DNA of 64,000 nt, from NCBI GenBank assembly GCA_963674825.1, contig OY771587.1, forward strand, positions 2,592,001 through 2,656,000. Direction: 5' to 3'. This stretch comes from Candidatus Cloacimonadales bacterium. Lineage in GTDB: Bacteria > Cloacimonadota > Cloacimonadia > Cloacimonadales > JAIOQZ01. The position numbers and the translations under genes are program-made. Of this stretch, positions 9,033 to 19,323 are shown one piece after another. Position 1 is the stretch's first letter, and each line of letters opens with the position of its first letter. A model generated the notes under the pieces. The model was not told the origin of the DNA, searched no databases, and was given only the letters and a program-made list of their open reading frames with translations.

Positions 9033-11711
9033 GTGAATATTCACAATCTCGATAGCATTTTCAAGCCGAATCGTATCGCCCTCCTCGGCATCGGCGCAAA
9101 TCCGCGCAGCGTGGGAGGAAAGATCCTGAGTAATCTTGTAACCGGTGGATTCCGCGGAGTAGTATATCCCGTAAATCCCGACCTCGAAGCCGTGATGGGC
9201 ATCCAGTGCTACCCGGATATCGCGTCACTGCCCAATACGCCCGAGCTGGGCATTGTCTGTTCAGCGCCCGAACTTGCTCCCGGTTATATCGATGACTGCG
9301 GGAAGGCAGGAATCTTGGGTATCATCATCGTAACTGCCGGGTTCAAGGAAGCTGGCGAGGAAGGGAAAGCGCTGGAGCAGCAAATCCGTGACATACGCGC
9401 AAAATATCCCGGTATGCGCATCATGGGACCCAATTGCCTCGGCTACATTGCGCCGGCAAACAAACTCAATGTCAGCTTTGGCGACGGAATGCCCAAGAAG
9501 GGCGACATCGCGTTCGTATCGCAATCCGGTGCGCTCTGCACCTCGATTCTGGACTGGGCGATCGAGGAGAAGATCGGATTCTCCTATTTCATCTCCATCG
9601 GCAACACCATCGACGTTGATTTCGGTGACCTGATTGACTACCTTGGCGAGGACGAAGACACCAAATTCATCATTTTATACATTGAATCGATCAGCATGGC
9701 ACGCAAGTTTATGACTGCCAGCCGTGCTTTCGCCCGAACCAAACCCATCATCGCGTACAAAGCAGGTCGCTTCCCCGAATCAGCGGAAGTCGCGGCCTCT
9801 CATACCGGCGCGATGGCAGCCGAAGACGCAATCTACAACGCCGCGTTCCGTCGTGCAGGTATCGCCCGGATTTACGACATTGGCAAGATCTTCGGTATTG
9901 CGGAGCTGCTTGGCCGGAAAAAGACACCGGAAGGAGCCCGACTTGCGATCGTTACCAACGCCGGTGGTCCCGGCGTGATGGCGACCGACGCGCTCATCGA
10001 GGCTAACGGCGAGCTGGCGAAGCTTTCGGAAGCGACCATGGAGCAGCTCAACCTGAACCTACCTCCGATGTGGTCACACGGCAACCCTGTGGATGTGCTC
10101 GGAGACGCGCGTCCCAAGCGAATTGCTAAGACGGTCTCGATCGTTCTGGACGATACGGGTGTCGATGCGGTGCTGGTGATTCTCACACCTCAATCAATGA
10201 CCAACCCATCCGGTACTGCTCGCGAGATCGGTAAACTTGCCGAAAAGGCGAAGAAGCCGATTCTGGCCGCCTGGCTGGGTGGCGCGAGCATGAAAGAGGG
10301 CATTCAGATCCTCAGCGAAGCCGGTGTCGCTACCTATACCACGCCCGAACAGGCGATCGGCGCATTCATGACGCTGGTTGCCTATGCTCGTAACTTGAAA
10401 GCACTCTACGAGACACCGCGTGATGTGCCAGTGGAGTTCAAGGTCGATCGCAAGCAGTTCCGTCAGCGATTTGATCAGGTTTTAAACGAGAATGGCCGTG
10501 TGCTGTCCGAAGAGATATCCAAATCACTCCTGGAAAGCTACGGCATCCCGACATCAAGTCCTGTACCCGCCGCAACGGCTGACGAAGCGGTGCAGATCGC
10601 GGAACAGGCAGGATACCCGGTTGTATTGAAGATATTTTCACCCGATATTACGCATAAAACAGACGTTGGTGGCGTGCTTCTGAACATTGACGGTGAAGAA
10701 GCTGTTCGCAAGGGATTTCAGACGATCACTGGAAACGCACGAGAGAAGATGCCGGATGCGCGCATCGATGGCGTAACGGTTCAGCCCATGATCAAGCGCG
10801 ACAACGCGGTCGAGATGATCCTCGGTATCAAGCAGGATCCGGTCTTTGGAACGGTACTGCTGGCCGGCATGGGTGGAATCTACGCCGAACTGTTCAAGGA
10901 TCGTGCCCTGGCGCTTCCGCCGCTTAATGAAAGCCTGGCTCGCAGAATGCTGGAGAGCCTGAAGATCATGCCGCTGCTGAAAGGTTACCGCGGTAAGCCT
11001 CCTGTAAACATGGATCAACTCGTGGAAATCCTGATCCGCATGTCCTATCTTGCGGCGGATTACCCTGAAATCGTCGAGCTGGATATCAATCCGTTACTGG
11101 TCTCGCCACAAGATGTGATTGCACTGGATGCACGAATCGTGGTCGATCCCACAAAGCGCGGTGTCGAGTCGTACGCCCATCTGGCGTTGCGTCCGTACCC
11201 CGAGGAATATGTCAGTTATGGCGAGTTGAACGACGGCACCCCGGTTACACTTCGTCCCATCAAGCCGGAAGACGAACCGATGTGGCTCGAGATGCTCGGT
11301 AGCTGTTCGAAAGAGTCGATCTACCAGCGATTCCGTTACTTCTTCTTCTGGGATTCTCACGATGTGGCTGTGCGCTACTGCTTTATCGATTACGATCGCG
11401 AGATCGCGATCGTGGCGGAAGTGGACACAGACGAAGGCAAGAAGCTGATCGGCGTGGGAAGACTGGTCGCGGATCCCGATTTCGAATCGGTCGAATACGC
11501 TGTGCTGGTTCCCGATGCATGGCAGAATAAACGGCTCGGCTCATTGCTGACCGATTTCTGCATGGAGATCACTCAGCGCTGGAATCTGAAGAAGATCGTC
11601 GCTCAGACAACGGCCGATAACCCAAGAATGATCAATGTTTTCAGAAAACGTGGCTTCACGGTAAATCCCGACCTGCATAGCTCGCTGGTCGATGTAGAAA
11701 AAGAACTCTGA
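9033..11711 (+). CDS. Acyl-CoA synthetase (NDP-forming) / GNAT acetyltransferase fusion (Pat/YfiQ family)
   Basis: CoA-binding N-terminus, GPNCLG, SQSGA, ASHTGAMA, TNAGGPGV, ATP-grasp HKTDVGGV and ELDINPL, C-terminal GNAT (LRPIKPED, IDYDREIA). Confidence 0.92.
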   Translation: MNIHNLDSIFKPNRIALLGIGANPRSVGGKILSNLVTGGFRGVVYPVNPDLEAVMGIQCYPDIASLPNTPELGIVCSAPELAPGYIDDCGKAGILGIIIVTAGFKEAGEEGKALEQQIRDIRAKYPGMRIMGPNCLGYIAPANKLNVSFGDGMPKKGDIAFVSQSGALCTSILDWAIEEKIGFSYFISIGNTIDVDFGDLIDYLGEDEDTKFIILYIESISMARKFMTASRAFARTKPIIAYKAGRFPESAEVAASHTGAMAAEDAIYNAAFRRAGIARIYDIGKIFGIAELLGRKKTPEGARLAIVTNAGGPGVMATDALIEANGELAKLSEATMEQLNLNLPPMWSHGNPVDVLGDARPKRIAKTVSIVLDDTGVDAVLVILTPQSMTNPSGTAREIGKLAEKAKKPILAAWLGGASMKEGIQILSEAGVATYTTPEQAIGAFMTLVAYARNLKALYETPRDVPVEFKVDRKQFRQRFDQVLNENGRVLSEEISKSLLESYGIPTSSPVPAATADEAVQIAEQAGYPVVLKIFSPDITHKTDVGGVLLNIDGEEAVRKGFQTITGNAREKMPDARIDGVTVQPMIKRDNAVEMILGIKQDPVFGTVLLAGMGGIYAELFKDRALALPPLNESLARRMLESLKIMPLLKGYRGKPPVNMDQLVEILIRMSYLAADYPEIVELDINPLLVSPQDVIALDARIVVDPTKRGVESYAHLALRPYPEEYVSYGELNDGTPVTLRPIKPEDEPMWLEMLGSCSKESIYQRFRYFFFWDSHDVAVRYCFIDYDREIAIVAEVDTDEGKKLIGVGRLVADPDFESVEYAVLVPDAWQNKRLGSLLTDFCMEITQRWNLKKIVAQTTADNPRMINVFRKRGFTVNPDLHSSLVDVEKEL

Positions 11712-11722
11712 CAGGAGAAACA

Positions 11723-12229
11723 ATGCGCAGAATCCCCTACTTTCTCGTCTCGATCCTGATTCTGACGATTCTTTTCGGATGCTCCAGCGACTACCTGGAC
11801 TTCAAGAAGGTCAATAACCGCGAATCAGGAAAAACGCTCATCATCTCCGCGATTGTAGGTAAGGGAACCCCTTACAAGCAAGAGATTGCAAACAAGCTCG
11901 TGGAGAAACTGAAAGACCGCTTTACCATTGAGGTCATGAATCTCCGTAGTGCATCTGACCTTGAACGGAAAGAGTATGACGCGATCGTAATCATGGACTC
12001 CTGTGAGGCATGGATGTTCTTCAATTCACGAATCAAGCGCATCATGAAAGCTCTGCCGGCTGAAAAGCAAATTATTGTGGTAACGGCTGAAGATCAGGAA
12101 TTCGAATGGACCTATAATGGGCTGGATGCGATCACCGGAGCATCGACAGATGATGACTCGGACAAGATCGCAGAGCGGATTCTTGCGCAGATCGACAAGA
12201 AATTTCCGCCAAAGAGACCTCGTTACTGA
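11723..12229 (+). CDS. Hypothetical lipoprotein (possibly flavodoxin-like alpha/beta fold)
   Basis: ILFGC lipobox; SD aggag; YDAIVIM...DAITGAS. Confidence 0.65.
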   Translation: MRRIPYFLVSILILTILFGCSSDYLDFKKVNNRESGKTLIISAIVGKGTPYKQEIANKLVEKLKDRFTIEVMNLRSASDLERKEYDAIVIMDSCEAWMFFNSRIKRIMKALPAEKQIIVVTAEDQEFEWTYNGLDAITGASTDDDSDKIAERILAQIDKKFPPKRPRY

Positions 12230-12310
12230 TTCCAATCACGAATTTTACTTGTAAAATATCGGCGGTCATTTTTTCTGTCGCCGATGGATAAATTTATTGA
12301 GGAGATAATT

Positions 12311-13324
12311 TTGAATCGAATTATCGGAACGGTTATCCTTGCCGCCGGCAAGGGCACACGCATGAATTCTAGTCGCGCCAAGGTACTTTTCGAACTTGGC
12401 GAGAAACCGCTGATAAAACATGTTGTAGATACATCTCAGAAAGTCCAGAGCGACCGCATTGTCGTTGTGGTTGGTTATCGCAAAGACGATGTAACCGCTT
12501 CTCTAGAAGATTATGAAGGGCTTCGTTTTGTTGAACAAAAAACCCAGAATGGAACCGGCCATGCCGTCATGATGGCAAAAGACGAGTTCAATGACGCCGA
12601 GGGCGATGTATTCATCCTCTGCGGTGATGTTCCATTGCTCAAGGCCGAGACGCTTGCGAGCCTGCTCAAGCAGCATCGCGAAACCGAAGCTGCCTGCACC
12701 GTTCTGACCGCTGTGCTGGACGACCCCGCACGCTACGGAAGGATTGTTCGCGATGAGAATGGTAATGTCCACAGCATCGTTGAGTATAAGGACGCAACCG
12801 ACGAACAGCGCAAGATCTGTGAAATCAACACCGGTATCTACTGCTTCGATATCCGGCTGCTGTTCGAAGCGCTCTCCAAGGTCGGTAACACGAATCAGCA
12901 GAACGAATATTACTTGACCGACACGCTGGAGATTTTGCGTACGGAAGGGAATAAGGTCTGCTCGATGATCCTGGATGACATGATGGAATGTGCCGGTGTC
13001 AATTCGCAGAAGCAGCTCGCCGAACTCGAAGATCACTACTATGAAGAGATTCGCGATCACTGGATGACCCACGGCGTGACCATTAAAAATCCCCAGACCG
13101 TCACCATCGGCGACAATGTTCAGATCGAAAACGATGTCGAGATTGGTTCGGGAACCGTGATCAAAGGCAAGACGCTCATCGGAAGCGGATGCCGTATTGG
13201 ACCAGGATGCATCCTGCACGACGCACGCTTGGGTGCGAACTGTGTTCTGCCGGGTCTCAATGTCGTCATCAACACCTACATGAGCCCCGATACGAAGCTC
13301 GATTACAGCGAGGATTTCCGATAG
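12311..13324 (+). CDS. GlmU-like sugar-phosphate nucleotidyltransferase with a short, truncated hexapeptide-repeat tail
   Basis: ILAAGKGTRMNS..AKVL, GTGHAV, GDVPLL, YGRIVR, EINTGIY, EYYLTD, GVNSQKQL; TTG start at 12311 after SD ggag. Confidence 0.85.
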   Translation: MNRIIGTVILAAGKGTRMNSSRAKVLFELGEKPLIKHVVDTSQKVQSDRIVVVVGYRKDDVTASLEDYEGLRFVEQKTQNGTGHAVMMAKDEFNDAEGDVFILCGDVPLLKAETLASLLKQHRETEAACTVLTAVLDDPARYGRIVRDENGNVHSIVEYKDATDEQRKICEINTGIYCFDIRLLFEALSKVGNTNQQNEYYLTDTLEILRTEGNKVCSMILDDMMECAGVNSQKQLAELEDHYYEEIRDHWMTHGVTIKNPQTVTIGDNVQIENDVEIGSGTVIKGKTLIGSGCRIGPGCILHDARLGANCVLPGLNVVINTYMSPDTKLDYSEDFR

Positions 13325-13325
13325 C

Positions 13326-13829
13326 ATGTCCGATATCCTTTATGCTCCCTGGCGCATTGAATACATCTTATCCGAGAAGGAGAAGCGGTGTATCTTCTGC
13401 ATCGAAAAGCCGGGTACGGACGAGTATGATCGGAAACACCTGATTCTGCATCGGGCTGAGCATTGCTTCGTAATCATGAACATGTATCCGTACAACAACG
13501 GTCACCTGATGGTTGTGCCATATCGCCATGTATCAACGATGCAAGGGCTTACGGATGAGGAGATTGCGAATCTTTTCCAGACTGTGAAGCTTGCCGAACG
13601 AATCCTGAGCGAAGGATTTCATTCGGATGGTATGAACATCGGCATGAACCTTGGTAAAGCCGCCGGAGCTGGTGTGGATGAGCATATTCATGTGCATATT
13701 TTGCCGCGCTGGTTTGGCGATAGTAATTTCATGACTACGATCGGTGGTGCGAGGGTGATTCCTGAGAGCTTTGAAACCGCGTATCATCGCTTGAAAGAAC
13801 AATTTGACAAGCTGTTGGGGGGTCAATAA
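13326..13829 (+). CDS. HIT-family protein (Ap4A phosphorylase/hydrolase-like)
   Basis: LYAPWR, CIFC, NMYPYNNGHLMVVP, HIHVHILPRW.GDSNFM. Confidence 0.9.
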   Translation: MSDILYAPWRIEYILSEKEKRCIFCIEKPGTDEYDRKHLILHRAEHCFVIMNMYPYNNGHLMVVPYRHVSTMQGLTDEEIANLFQTVKLAERILSEGFHSDGMNIGMNLGKAAGAGVDEHIHVHILPRWFGDSNFMTTIGGARVIPESFETAYHRLKEQFDKLLGGQ

Positions 13830-13830
13830 T

Positions 13831-14253
13831 TTGTCACCCGCAAAGAGAATTCGCATCTGGGTCGGGCTGTCGCTTCTAGTCGTGATTGCCGTGGCGATTG
13901 TTTCACTGATGGTGATACCTCCGCGCGTCAGGGCGAAAGAGGCTGCTGAAGCGGAAAAGAACCTACCGCCGATCCGTATTGAATTACTTAATGGATGCGG
14001 AATTCCTGATGTCGCTCGCAAAGTTAGAGATAACTTCATCGAGTACAACATCGATGTTATTCGTTTCGGAAATGCAAAAAAATATATCTACAATAAGTCG
14101 ATCATCGTTGTTCGCCAAGACGAAAAGGATGATCTGGAGAGGCTGAAGACTAAGACTGGAATCGATCAGGTGGTGTATGCGCTGGACGAACTCGCGGACG
14201 CACCGTTTCAGATTATCATCGGCGATGATTACGAACGATTCCTGAAGAAATAA
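13831..14253 (+). CDS. LytR C-terminal domain membrane protein
   Basis: N-terminal transmembrane helix, IELLNGCGIPDVA and IIIGDDY; typical position upstream of rsfS. Confidence 0.8.
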   Translation: MSPAKRIRIWVGLSLLVVIAVAIVSLMVIPPRVRAKEAAEAEKNLPPIRIELLNGCGIPDVARKVRDNFIEYNIDVIRFGNAKKYIYNKSIIVVRQDEKDDLERLKTKTGIDQVVYALDELADAPFQIIIGDDYERFLKK

Positions 14254-14266
14254 CAACAGGGGCTAT

Positions 14267-14632
14267 ATGGATTATTCAGCAAAAGAATTGCTTGATTTTC
14301 TCACGGAAACCATACAGGAAAAAAAAGCGGACAATATCGAACAGATCGACGTCAGTGAGAAATCGGGTTATACGGATTATCTCTTGATTTGCACCGGCAA
14401 CAGCGACCTGCATGTTCGCGCGATTGCGGACTGGCTGCTCCACGAAACAAAGGGCAAACCATACCAGCTTCTCGGTAAAGAGGGCTTCGAGAGCCTTAGT
14501 TGGGTATTGATCGATTTCGGTATGGTGATCGTCCACATATTCCGTGAAGAGACCAGAAAGTATTACGATCTTGAGGATATCTGGAGAAAGAATTCAGCAG
14601 AAATTAAAAAGATTGAGACGAACAATGATTAA
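14267..14632 (+). CDS. rsfS: Ribosome silencing factor RsfS
   Basis: EKKADNI..IDV, DYLLICTG, WVLIDFG.VIVHIF...R.YYDLEDIW. Confidence 0.95.
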   Translation: MDYSAKELLDFLTETIQEKKADNIEQIDVSEKSGYTDYLLICTGNSDLHVRAIADWLLHETKGKPYQLLGKEGFESLSWVLIDFGMVIVHIFREETRKYYDLEDIWRKNSAEIKKIETNND

Positions 14633-16277
14633 AGAAAAAATCAGTCAGGATATACAAGCTGCGGCGGAATCACTAGGGTTGAAGATCAATCCGGAATTCA
14701 ACATGGAGATTCCGAATAATGTCGATTTCGGTGACTACTCGAGCAACGTCGCGATGGTCAGTGCCAAGCTGAACAAGGCCAAGCCGCGCGAGATGGCAGA
14801 AAAGATCGCCGAATCTCTCCAGAAAAAGCGCTATTACCGCTCGGTGGAAGTGGCAGGTCCTGGATTCATCAACTTCAAGTTGGCGAACTCCGTTTTCCAG
14901 AGCGAGCTCCAGCAGATCGTCGAAAATCCGGAAGATTTCGGAAAAGTCGATCATGGCAAGGATTCAAAGATTCTGATCGAGTTCATCAGCGCTAATCCGA
15001 CTGGACCGCTCAACATCGTGAGCGCGCGTGCCGCCGCATACGGCGATACACTTTACCGTGTGATGAAATATACCGGCTACCATCCGGTTCGCGAATATTA
15101 TAATAACGACGCCGGAAACCAGGTCGATATCCTGGCTGAATCGGTTGAGCTCCGTTACCGTGAGCTTCATGAAGAAAATATTGGGGAATTCCCCGTTGAA
15201 GCCTATCATGGCGAATATATCAAGGATATCGCTGCCAAGCTCAACGCAGTGGAAGGATCCAAGTTGCTGCACGTCTCCGAGCGTGATCGCCTTCAGAAGA
15301 TGAAGGAATTCGCGCTGCAGGAGATTCACGAGATGCAGACTAACAGTCTGGAACGCTTCGGTGTGGAATTCGACAGCTGGGTTTCGGAAAAGAACCTTCG
15401 CGCACAGGGTGTTGTGGAAGAGGTTCTCAGCTTCCTCGCGGAAGCAGGTTGTACGTTCGAGATGGATGAAGCCGTATGGTTTGCATCCAGCAAGTTTGGT
15501 GACGAAAAAGACCGCGTTTTAATGAAAAGCGACGGCAGTATCACCTACATTGTACCGGATGTCGCGTATCACCTTACCAAATACCAGCGTGGATTTGACG
15601 TGATGATCGACGTACTGGGGCCGGACCATCATGGTTACGTGCCAAGGCTGAAGGCTGCGATCAAAGCGCTCGAATATGATGAGAGCCGACTCGAAGTGGT
15701 CTTCCTGCAACAGGTCAACCTCTTCTTCGAGGGCGAACGAGTCAAGATGTCCAAGCGCGAGGGTCGCATCATTACCATGGACGACCTCATCGACGAAGTG
15801 GGCAAAGACGCGGCACGGTTTTTCTTCATCAACCGTCGCCCGAGCGCGCACTTGAATTTTGACCTTGAACTCGCCAAGAAGCAATCCAGCGAAAACCCGG
15901 TGTACTACTGCCAGTATGCTCATGCGCGTATCAGCAGCATTATCAAGAAGGCGAAGAAAGAGAAGATCACGCTTCAAAAATTCGACGTGAAAGAGCTTCG
16001 TAAACTGGATAAACCGGATGAAATCCTGATGATCAAGAAGATGCTGGAATTTTCCAATATCCTGATCGCGATTTCGGAAACCCGCGAACCGCATCGTCTA
16101 GCGGACTTCGTCACCGAACTGGCGGGTATGTTCCATAAATACTATCAGAAATATACCATTGTGAACGAGAAATCGAAGGAGCTCTCCCAGGCACGCCTTT
16201 ACCTCATTACCGCGGTGAAGAATGTTCTTCGACTGGCGCTTGATCTGATGGGAATCTCCGCTCCGGAAAAGATGTAA
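14625..16277 (+). CDS. argS: Arginine--tRNA ligase
   Basis: GDYSSN, AGPGFINF, EFISANPTGPL, GPDHHGY, KMSKR, NPVYYCQYAHAR, C-terminal APEKM. Confidence 0.97.
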   Translation: MIKEKISQDIQAAAESLGLKINPEFNMEIPNNVDFGDYSSNVAMVSAKLNKAKPREMAEKIAESLQKKRYYRSVEVAGPGFINFKLANSVFQSELQQIVENPEDFGKVDHGKDSKILIEFISANPTGPLNIVSARAAAYGDTLYRVMKYTGYHPVREYYNNDAGNQVDILAESVELRYRELHEENIGEFPVEAYHGEYIKDIAAKLNAVEGSKLLHVSERDRLQKMKEFALQEIHEMQTNSLERFGVEFDSWVSEKNLRAQGVVEEVLSFLAEAGCTFEMDEAVWFASSKFGDEKDRVLMKSDGSITYIVPDVAYHLTKYQRGFDVMIDVLGPDHHGYVPRLKAAIKALEYDESRLEVVFLQQVNLFFEGERVKMSKREGRIITMDDLIDEVGKDAARFFFINRRPSAHLNFDLELAKKQSSENPVYYCQYAHARISSIIKKAKKEKITLQKFDVKELRKLDKPDEILMIKKMLEFSNILIAISETREPHRLADFVTELAGMFHKYYQKYTIVNEKSKELSQARLYLITAVKNVLRLALDLMGISAPEKM

Positions 16278-16301
16278 TCACAATGTGTTAGTATAAACTT
16301 C

Positions 16302-16331
16302 AAAAAGCTGTCGCAAGGCAGCTTTTTTTTT
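16302..16331 (+). terminator. Intrinsic terminator (possibly bidirectional)
   Basis: aaaaagctgtc-gcaa-ggcagcttttttttt. Confidence 0.8.
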
Positions 16332-16423
16332 CACGTGCCCAGAACGCTATTTCCACAATGTTTTTCGTAGCGTATGGCACCGGGCACTCAGGGATATCTG
16401 CCAAGACAGTAAAGAGGTAATCA

Positions 16424-16921
16424 ATGAAACGAATCATCGTGATGTCCGATACGCACGGCAACCAAAAGTTGCTTCGCAAACCGTTTATGCTGGAAAGCCA
16501 GTACGACATGATTATTCATCTCGGCGATAACTACGAGGATATACAGGAAAATTTCGACCTGTATGAGGACGCGATTCTGTTACGCGTCCCGGGTATTTTC
16601 CATCCGCGATACCGAGACCAATCGCTTCCGGCGATCATGCATACGGATGTCGAGGGTTGGATGATCGGCCTTGTGCATAATCTGGAAGATTATTTCAAGC
16701 AGAAAAGTCGTGGTGATATCGTGCTGCACGGCCATACACATCACAGCGAGATCCAGGATGATGGTGAAACGATTTACGCAAATCCCGGGCATCTCAAGAG
16801 CGAATTCGATCGCAATCGCGAGCCCAGCTACATGGTTATCGATCTCACACCCGAAGCTGCTCAGCTTACTGTGAAGTCGCTGCGCGGAGATGTCTTGCAG
16901 GAAGGGAGGAAAAAGCGATGA
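16424..16921 (+). CDS. YfcE/MJ0936-family metallophosphoesterase
   Basis: SDTHG, HLGD, HGHTH, NPGH. Confidence 0.9.
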   Translation: MKRIIVMSDTHGNQKLLRKPFMLESQYDMIIHLGDNYEDIQENFDLYEDAILLRVPGIFHPRYRDQSLPAIMHTDVEGWMIGLVHNLEDYFKQKSRGDIVLHGHTHHSEIQDDGETIYANPGHLKSEFDRNREPSYMVIDLTPEAAQLTVKSLRGDVLQEGRKKR

Positions 16922-17406
16922 TACCGATGGTCATAGTTGCCGCGAATCCTGAGGGCTGGCGGTCTGTGCTGGTTACGGCGATCTTTGTGATTGCCGGTGC
17001 GCTGATCATCTACCTCTTTTTCGCTCGAAGGAGATTCTCGCGTCCGGTGAACACCTACCCGTTCCGCAAACTCGCTCCCGAGCTGGCTTTCTATTCGCAT
17101 CTGGTCAATATCGAACTGGGGCACGAGCCACCGAAAATCAAGGTGCTGGAAGGCCATTTCCACCAGTTTTTACGGGATAAATACCGAATCGACAAGCGCG
17201 AGGATATCTTCCAGGGCGTTGCGGAATCGGAAGAAAACCCGCGCATAATTGAGCTTTACGGCGAGATACACAAGACCATCGAATCGCTTCAGCAAGCTCC
17301 GCCAGACGCGGTGATCAACTACACGAAGGAGCTGAAGAAGCTCATAAATCCAGCCGTTCACACCGAAACGGACAAAAACGAACAAGACGATTGCAACACA
17401 TGCTGA
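16918..17406 (+). CDS. Hypothetical membrane-anchored protein
   Basis: ATGA overlap with the upstream gene; one N-terminal transmembrane helix. Confidence 0.65.
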   Translation: MIPMVIVAANPEGWRSVLVTAIFVIAGALIIYLFFARRRFSRPVNTYPFRKLAPELAFYSHLVNIELGHEPPKIKVLEGHFHQFLRDKYRIDKREDIFQGVAESEENPRIIELYGEIHKTIESLQQAPPDAVINYTKELKKLINPAVHTETDKNEQDDCNTC

Positions 17407-17448
17407 CGCTATGCGTTATTTGGTTAAAATACAGAATCAGGAGGATTC

Positions 17449-18435
17449 ATGACGATCGAGGAAATTAATCAGAACGTGATGGAGAATAGCCAGGTGCTCG
17501 ATCGGGTTTTCTCGGAAGTTCGCAAAGTCATCGTGGGTCAGGACTACATGATCCGCTGCATGATGATCGGACTTCTTGCCAACGGCCACATCCTGCTTGA
17601 GGGTGTCCCCGGCCTTGCAAAAACCCTTTCAGTAACCACGCTTGCCGGCGCGCTCGACGCCAGCTTCAAACGTATTCAGTTCACGCCCGATCTGCTTCCA
17701 GCCGACCTGGTCGGAACCATGATCTTCAATCTCAAGACCAGCGAATTCAGCCCCAAGATGGGACCCATATTCGCCAACTTCATTCTGGCGGACGAAATCA
17801 ATCGTGCTCCCGCCAAGGTGCAGTCGGCCCTTCTGGAAGCGATGCAGGAACGTCAGGTGACCATCAGCGATACCACGCACGAGCTTCCCAAGCCCTTTCT
17901 GGTGATGGCGACGCAGAATCCCATCGAACAGGAAGGAACCTTCCCGCTTCCCGAAGCACAGGTTGATCGCTTCATGCTCAAGCTGCTGGTGACTTATCCC
18001 AGCCGCGACGAAGAACGCCAGATTATGGAACGCATGGTACGTGCGGAAAAAATTCCGGTTGAGAAGGTGCTTGATCCCAAGGAAATTATCGCGCTGCGCG
18101 ACCTGGTCAAGGACATCTACATGGAAGATAAGGTGAAGGAGTACATTCTGGATCTCGTGTTTGCCACGCGTGAACCGAAGAAATTCAAGAACCTCGCCGA
18201 ACTGGAAAATCTGGTGGAATGCGGCGCTTCTCCGCGCGCGGGAATCTACCTCGCGCAGGCTGCCAAGGCACACGCCATGCTTGAACATCGCGGCTATGTG
18301 ACGCCGGACGATGTGAAGGCGATCGGCAAGGATGTTCTGCGTCATCGCATCATCCTCACATACGAAGCGGAAGCAGAGCAAATCACGCAGGAAGAAATTG
18401 TTCAAAAACTTTTCGACGAAATCGAAGTTCCTTAG
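17449..18435 (+). CDS. moxR: MoxR-family AAA+ ATPase
   Basis: GHILLEGVPGLAKT, RIQFTPDLLPAD, DEINRAPAKVQSALLEAMQE, ATQNPIEQEGT. Confidence 0.95.
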   Translation: MTIEEINQNVMENSQVLDRVFSEVRKVIVGQDYMIRCMMIGLLANGHILLEGVPGLAKTLSVTTLAGALDASFKRIQFTPDLLPADLVGTMIFNLKTSEFSPKMGPIFANFILADEINRAPAKVQSALLEAMQERQVTISDTTHELPKPFLVMATQNPIEQEGTFPLPEAQVDRFMLKLLVTYPSRDEERQIMERMVRAEKIPVEKVLDPKEIIALRDLVKDIYMEDKVKEYILDLVFATREPKKFKNLAELENLVECGASPRAGIYLAQAAKAHAMLEHRGYVTPDDVKAIGKDVLRHRIILTYEAEAEQITQEEIVQKLFDEIEVP

Positions 18436-18447
18436 ACGTAACGGCTT

Positions 18448-19323
18448 ATGGATACATCGGAAATTTTAAAGAAGATCCGCAAGATCGAAATCTCTACTCG
18501 CAGCATGGCCAACGAGCTTTTCTCGGGTGAATACCATTCCCTGTTCAAAGGGCAGGGCCTGGAATTTTCCGAGGTGCGCGAGTATCAGGAAGGTGATAGC
18601 TATCGCCAGATAGACTGGAATGTCTCGGCACGAATGCGGAGCCCATACATCAAGAAGTTCGAAGAGACGCGCGAGCTTAACGTGATCTTTCTCGTTGATG
18701 GCAGCGCTTCAACCCTATTCGGGACCCGTGGTGCACTCAAGTCGGAGTATATCACTGAAGTAACTGCGGTTCTCTCCTTCTCCGCGCTTTCGAACAACGA
18801 CAAGGTGGGGCTTCTGCTTTTCACCGACGAGATCGAGAAGTACATTCCGCCACGCAAGGGCAAGAAGACAGCGCTTAGAATCCTGCGCGACATCCTCTAC
18901 TTCGAGCCCCAGAGCGGCGGAACCGATCTGCGTCAGGCTGCCGAGTATGTTTACAGGCTGGTCAAGAAGCACAGCATCATCTTCGTGATCTCGGATTTCC
19001 TGGCCGATGGCTATGACAACGCGCTCAAGATTCTGGCGAAGAAACACGACGTGATCGGTATCCGTGTTCTCGACCCGGCGGAAGAAGAACTTCCCGACGC
19101 CGGCCTGATCTCGGTACGCGATCCTGAAACGGGCGAGATATTCACGGTCAACAGCTCATCTACACGTGTTAGAAATCGCTACAAGCAACTTACCGAAAAG
19201 CGCGATGTCGAGCTGAAGGAGCGCTTCAAGCGGATGAAGATCGACCTGGTCGATCTGCGGACAGACAAGCCTTATGCCAAGGAGCTAATGCAGTTCTTCA
19301 AACTGCGTCAGAAACGGAAATGA
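18448..19323 (+). CDS. DUF58 (VWA-like) protein
   Basis: GEYHSLFKGQGLEFSEVREY..GD..R.IDWNVSAR; follows moxR. Confidence 0.92.
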   Translation: MDTSEILKKIRKIEISTRSMANELFSGEYHSLFKGQGLEFSEVREYQEGDSYRQIDWNVSARMRSPYIKKFEETRELNVIFLVDGSASTLFGTRGALKSEYITEVTAVLSFSALSNNDKVGLLLFTDEIEKYIPPRKGKKTALRILRDILYFEPQSGGTDLRQAAEYVYRLVKKHSIIFVISDFLADGYDNALKILAKKHDVIGIRVLDPAEEELPDAGLISVRDPETGEIFTVNSSSTRVRNRYKQLTEKRDVELKERFKRMKIDLVDLRTDKPYAKELMQFFKLRQKRK

